Below are positions 45,403-51,167 of a stretch of DNA of 51,167 bases, in pieces. The position numbers and the translations under genes were made by a program. The notes under the pieces were generated by a model. That model did no database searches. It was not told the origin of the DNA and saw only the letters and a program-made list of their open reading frames with translations. Each line of letters begins with the position of its first letter. The first letter of the stretch is position 1. The stretch is taken from contig CALSCP010001696.1 in assembly GCA_943704425.1 (NCBI GenBank), positions 21,504-72,670 on the forward strand. The letters run 5' to 3'. This DNA comes from Ministeria vibrans ATCC 50519. Lineage: Eukaryota; Protista; Filasterea.

Positions 45403-46158
45403 ATGATCATAAGAGACGCCACTGCAGCAGACATGCCTGCTGTGTGCGAGATATATTCGCATGCCATTGTTGACTCAGTCATCTCGTTTGAAATGACTGT
45501 TCCAAGTGTAGCAAGGACCAACGCACACGATCAACATTGTCTCACCCACACTGCGCTTCGCATAGACTGAGGAGATGACGCAACGCTTTGAGAGGGTCGC
45601 CAAGGCCTTTCCGTACCTCGTGAGCGAATGCGACTCGGGCGAAGTTGCCGGTTACGCGTATGCATCGCGATTTCGCGATCGAGAAGCGTGTAAGACAAGC
45701 AACACACACCAATAATTTCAATTTATCTCTTTGTTGCTTTCTTTGTTACTTTTTCTTTTGTGTCTCTTTCTCTTGCATGTACAATAGATGACTGGACGTG
45801 TGAAGTCACCTTGTACGTGTCGCCGCGCCACCAGCGCAAGGGCCACGGTGCTCGTCTGTACCGCACGCTGCACGCACTTCTCATCCGCCAAGGCTTCACC
45901 ACCGCCATTGCTGGGATTGCTCTGCCCAACGAAGCGTCAGTCGCCGTCCATCGTCACTGTGGCTATTTTGACGCTGCTCTTTTTCCTCAATGCGGCTACA
46001 AGCTCGGCAAGAGCATCCCGGTCGCCTTCATGCAGTGTAACCTCATCCCCCATCCGGAATCAGCACCAAGCGCTAAACCCCTCGCTCCCTCGGCGATCCC
46101 GCGCGAAGAATGGCAGCGCATTCTTGAAAGCGAAACAATCTCCAGCAAGACACCATGA
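45403..46158 (+). CDS. Phosphinothricin/methionine-sulfoximine N-acetyltransferase-like GNAT (Pat/YncA type), 3 exons
   Basis: MIIRDATAADMPAVCEIY..ISFE..P|..FPYLV..VAGYAYASRFRDREA|YDWTCEVTLYV..QRKGHGARLY..AIAGIALPNEASVAVH..GYKLG. Confidence 0.88.
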
Positions 46159-46298
46159 TTGTAGGTGCAACTGAAGAGTGACACCGACAGAAATCGCAAT
46201 GTACAAGTGACCCTGAAGAAAACTGAAACCTGTTCTACATTAATTATTAACATTCTTACATTCATCATAATAATTAGTCACGATCATCATTATCCTTC

Positions 46299-48019
46299 TT
46301 ATTTTGCCTTAAAATTGCGCAGACGGGACGCCAAAATGGACCACTGAGCGGCGCCGGAGCGGACGGCATCGGCGGCATAAGTGCGCTTAACCATGACGTG
46401 GTAGCGCACGAGATCCCAGCGACGCAGCGACGACGCACGCACCACCGAGTCACGCTGCTCGTCCGTCAGAGGCACAACACAGTCAATGCGCGACACATCC
46501 ACCACCGCCACGTCGTCCGGCGTCGACGCGGGATCCACAAGCATGTCTTCAAAGGCCCAGTCGACGAGCACATCATCCATGGCGTAAGACGCACGCGCAA
46601 ATACTTCCTGTCCACTCACATTCTCAAGCGCTGTCACGGTGAACCCCAGTGTCGCTTGTGACCGAAGCAGCTCGGCCCGCGACAAACCATGCAAAGGGGA
46701 CGATGGCGTAATGTCATGCGAGACAGAGAGCATGTACTGGAGACAAAGAGAGAGTGATAGAGAAGGATTAGAGCGAGTGGTCAGTCAAACAAGGAGCGCA
46801 CGACAAAAGGCACAACAGCATGCAGAGTGCATCATCGTGATGAACAAAAGGAAAACGGAAACAGTCAAAGAAACTCGGGAAAACAAAGTCACACACAAAA
46901 CAAAACCATTAATACGTAATAATATGATGAATAAAGAGTTCCTATTAAGTAAGTATACCTTGACGATGGCAAGCGAAGAACGGCTCAGTTCCAAAATGCT
47001 GTTCTGACGAAAAAACGAGCCGTTGGGAAGAGTTACGTTACGCCCGAGTGTAAGAGTGAGACGTGCATCAACGAGCTGTGGCGGACTGTTGGTGAGGGCG
47101 ATACGCAGTTGAAGTGACGGATAGCCATTGCGATACGACTGTACCATCTACATACAACATCGAGAGAGAATCCATCATGTGACATACGAGAAGCACGATA
47201 GTAACAATAAAATTAATACTAATAAAAATATAACAACAATAAAAATAATAATATTAATGATAATACAATAAAAATTACAACAATCACAACGACATTACAC
47301 TTGTATAATAAAAGTAATAGTTATAACATACCTTCTTGCTAATTAAGATTGGGTTGCGCGGACGAGACAGACGAGCAAACACAACACCGGTGATGAACAC
47401 CAGCATCATCTGCATGACGAGCTGCTGCACGTTGGCGAGCAGCGTCGCATACGTCGACTCCACCTGGAAGGAGGTTGCTCCAAAGCCCGTCGTCAGCGAC
47501 AGAGAGAACAGAAAGAGACGCAGGCTGCTCCCATTGATGCCGACTATGCCGCCCGCTTCAACATACGCGTACAAGAGCGCAAAGGCGATCGCGATAGCGC
47601 AAAAGACGAACAGAATGAGAACGGCCAGCGTCGATGCTGCCAAAGAACGGAAGTCAGATCACTATGGCGCGTGTCGATGTCAGTCATCGACGACCACAGG
47701 GCCACGCAATCGACATACCGGGCACTTTGAGGCAGAAAGTGTAGATGTCGTGGAAGGGCGACTGCTTGTTGTTGACGACACGAAAGTTGTTGTCGCGCTC
47801 GTGTGGGAGAAGTATCCATCTGAGCCTTTTCAACCACTGCTTCCCACTCAACCCGATACGATCCATTCCAATTTCCAAGTACCCAATGGGGACCTAGTTG
47901 AAAAAATATAGTCGTTCATTTTGTCGTTTGTAGATCAGTGTTCGATCAGTGTCCATTGCCCCCGAGGGTGGCTCACCCTCGCGTTGCCCCCCATTGTCCA
48001 ATAGCGCTAAGCGCAGCAT
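46299..48019 (-). CDS. Inward-rectifier K+ channel-like protein (KirBac-like), multi-exon
   Basis: Slide helix DIYTFCLK, TM1, pore LFLFSLSLTTGFG, TM2 ..TGVVFARLSRP, cytoplasmic PSLQLRI, and HDITPSSPLHG..ARASY..DD...FEDML. Confidence 0.85.
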
Positions 48020-49330
48020 GAATTTTTCAGAGTCTCTCGTTTGCACTCGAGTGCGACTCGACTGAGTCGACTCCAGAAATGAATATGTAAGAAACCAACA
48101 GTATTGAGTGAGTAAATCCCACAACTTTTGATTTTTTCTATTTAACGTCTCCGTTCCCATTTGTTTAAAGCATATTTAGCATCCCTAGTTCCCTACATCT
48201 ACGAATCTACGTAACCGGTAACCATCGAAAAAATATTCTCCAATCTCTTTACTCTAAGAAAGACGCCAACAACGGCAAAGCGGCTCAAGAACAGCTCAAG
48301 ATAAATCATAAAAATAATAATGTAATAAATTGGGAGCGATTGGCTGATGACCAGACGAGTAGAGACACCAGATACCTCATACCATAATGTGATGTTCCAG
48401 CAAAACTATTCTTCTCCTACATATTATTATTCTTATCAGTTTAAGAGATAAAGACAAGGACGATGTCTTAGTAAACTTTTCCTTCCTTATCTCAATTACG
48501 TCAAGCAACTGTGCGACTCTCGCGCGACTCTCTCACAGTCTCACTCGCTCACTTTCATCTTTTTTTCTCTTCGTCTAGCTCAAGAACAACGGTACACCCC
48601 TCCCCCTTCTCCTCAAACAACTCCCTTTCAGCCTATTGCATTCCTTTCAACGTGACATCAAATCACATTTTGCGCTCTGCTGGAATACCGCATTACCGTC
48701 ACCGGCAAACTCTCTGCCTCGTCGCAGCTCCTCCCCATNNNNNNNACAAAAAAAAAAAAAAAAAAGCTCCATTCCAAGCCCCATGGTCGCTTATAGCTCT
48801 CTCATTGCACCCAGCATCCCCTACGCGTTGCTTCTTTGCACGCATTCGCCCCTTCCCCCGTCGACAATTGGGTTAGGTTTGGGTCCGACGCAAATCCGAC
48901 GCGGCCCATCACCCAAAGTTAAACAGTCTCCTTTGCTCGCGCTCCCACTCCCTACCTGCTAGTAAGACTGTTAGGAGTACAGATATCGCCGGCATTTTCC
49001 CGCTTGACCTCAACTTTTTCACTTCGTGTATTTTTTGATGTGCACCGCGATGTTGATATATTTGCAAAAAGGACGCTATGGCGATTACGCTTAAATGATC
49101 GTGTCTTCGCGTCGCTTCATTACGCATTGCCAAAGAACACTGTGACACTGACCACTTCGCAGCGTGCGCTCACACCAAAGCTGCTCTGCAGATAATCTTA
49201 AATCTTGAAAAAAAAAAAAAAAAGGTCACTGCATCTTCACTGCAGGACGCTAACCGCAAGGGTGGAGGTTCAACCGGTCTTGTGCTCATGTGCCCACTGT
49301 ACCCTTCCTTGTGTTTTCTAGATCACCACC

Positions 49331-49615
49331 ATGCGATTCGTGCTTGTCGTGCTGGCTGCCCTTCTCTCTGCGGTTGCGGCGGCTCACGCGCCCGAAACTC
49401 ATTCAGCATCGTCTTCTTCTCTTCGCAACGAAAATTCCGAAGAACTCTCGTCAGACGCTCGCCTTGAAAAGCGTGGCGCTGACGTGACTGTCATTCAAAA
49501 CGAAGTCTCCAAAGATCCCCTCGATCAGCTCGAAATACTGTCCAGTCTGCAGGCGTCTCTTGATGAGGCCGCTCTTTCTGGCACAGGCACCGAAGAGGTT
49601 GTCAAGCGCTGGGGC

Positions 49616-49656
<41 letters not shown>

Positions 49657-49738
49657 TCGTCGTCGTCGTCGTCGTCGTCTCATTGTCTGCCCTCCCGGAC
49701 GCGTAAGACAAACAAAGCACAAATTTTTTGTATTCTTC

Positions 49739-49789
<51 letters not shown>

Positions 49790-51167
49790 TAATTCTTATT
49801 CTTCATTCTTACTCATTCTTATTCTTATATTAATTTTTTTGTTGTCGCTTTTCGTTTGTGATTGATAATAAATTGCAAATGTCTTCTTCTTGTTCTATTA
49901 TTTTCATTATTAATATAACTATTATTTTTTAATATTATTTTTATTATTAATAATTATTATTAATTTTATTATTATTCTTATTATTCTTTGTTCTTATTCT
50001 TTTTTCGGTAGTGGCGCAACGGTGACCCGGGCTACTGTGTCACCTGTGGCTCTGGTCGCTACCAGCCCTACTATAACCAGGCCGGCTCCGGTGCGTGCCG
50101 TTGCTGCCCCGCCGGCCAATACCAAGGGTCGTCCGGTCAATCTTCCTGCCGCGGCTGCGGAAACGGTATCATAATAATAATAATAATAATAATAGCAATA
50201 ATAATAATAATATAATAATCATTGTTTTTTATAGGTTACTACCAGGGCTCAACGTGCCAGGCGTCCTGTCGAGGCTGCCCTGCAGGAAGATACGCTCCTA
50301 CTTCTCGAACAGTGTGTACCACGTGCAATCCCATCACGTACACCCCCGGTGCGGGTTACTCAAGCTGCATCGCGTGCTCGACCGGTCGCTACTACAGCAA
50401 CGCGCCCTACACCTTCGGTCGCACGTCCAACTGTCCCCATACGTGCCCCATCGGCAAGTACTCGCCGAACAACGCTTGGGTGAACAATGCCTTCTCCGTC
50501 CGCACCCTTGCCTACGCCAAAACCTATTGGGGATACACGTACTCCTACTACTACTATCGCACGCTGTACGCCTACGGTGGCCTCAAGGCGTGCCGCTCAT
50601 GCACCAAGCCTCAGACGACGCTCAGCTCCGGCTCTGGCTCGTGCACCTACTGCCCCGGCGGCAGGTACTTCAACTACGGCAACGCGCCCACGTCCGGTTG
50701 CCGAACCTGCGGCGGCGGATACTACATGCCGTCGAGCTCGTACTACCAGCGTCAAGCCCGTTACAGCTGCATCGCATGCCCTCGAGGCCAGTACCAGGGA
50801 AGCTCGCAACAGGTGTCTTGCATCAGCTGCCCAGCAGGTCGCGCTCAAAACTACTACGCTCAGAAAGCCTGCAGCGCCTGTGGTCCAGGATATTACTCGC
50901 CCGGCAACGGCTACGGAACATGTCCTACTTGTCCTGGTGGCCGCGTCTCGCAAAAGTCGTACTACTCGACCTCTTGCTGGACCTGCCCCTCGGGTCGCTA
51001 CAAGGCTACAACTGCCACCTACCAGTGTACCTACTGCGGCTATGGCACATACAACCCCTACACCAGTCGCACTTCGTGCCTCACCTGCCCCCAGGGCAAG
51101 TATTCAGGCCAGCTGGGCCGTACCTCGTGCATCAACTGCCCTGCAGGCCAGTACACGGGCCTTTGGG
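49331..51167 (+). CDS. Secreted pre-pro-protein with poly-Arg tract and GCC2/GCC3-like (ephrin-receptor-like) CxxCPxGxY repeats; continues beyond the window (exons 49331-49702, 50012-50165, 50235->51167)
   Basis: Hydrophobic signal MRFVLVVLAALLSAVAAA, acidic spacer with KR sites, then WG(R)21. The spliced frame continues through many CxxC-x-x-G-x-Y repeats with no stop. Confidence 0.85.

Noticed and set aside
48869-48917. Imperfect hairpin with two TCCGACGC copies resembling the transposon subterminal motif
   Set aside because: No TIR or TSD nearby, and the match is too short.

Overview
Gene-dense, intron-containing eukaryotic DNA with GT-AG introns, AT-rich or microsatellite-rich introns and GC-rich exons. 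The gene set (full-architecture ARAP, FERRY3/C12orf4, TBC1D31, a MEIS/PREP-like TALE homeobox, SSUH2, LARP1, eIF3d) suggests a unicellular opisthokont, probably a holozoan protist; this is inference. About 17 host protein-coding genes and one tRNA-Ser(AGA) are visible. The clearest accessory feature is an apparently intact 5,842-bp P-superfamily DNA transposon (7226-13067). It has perfect 16-bp TIRs, an 8-bp TSD (GATGTCAC) and an unusually large ~1,700-aa transposase ORF, and it sits in the divergent LARP1/eIF3d promoter region. The transposon carries a nested 63-bp insertion with a 14-bp TSD, from a repeat family that also occurs upstream of the tRNA. Other unusual items: a secreted pre-pro-protein with a 21-Arg run followed by a Cys/Tyr-rich repeat region with almost no acidic residues; a KirBac-like channel with a register-shifted selectivity filter; an ABCG transporter with an extra multi-TM insert; a J-domain/5xZnF/3xUBA protein; and a strongly structured ~205-nt RNA candidate in ARAP intron 1. 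All assignments come from motif recognition by eye, with no database searches. Exon boundaries were read manually.
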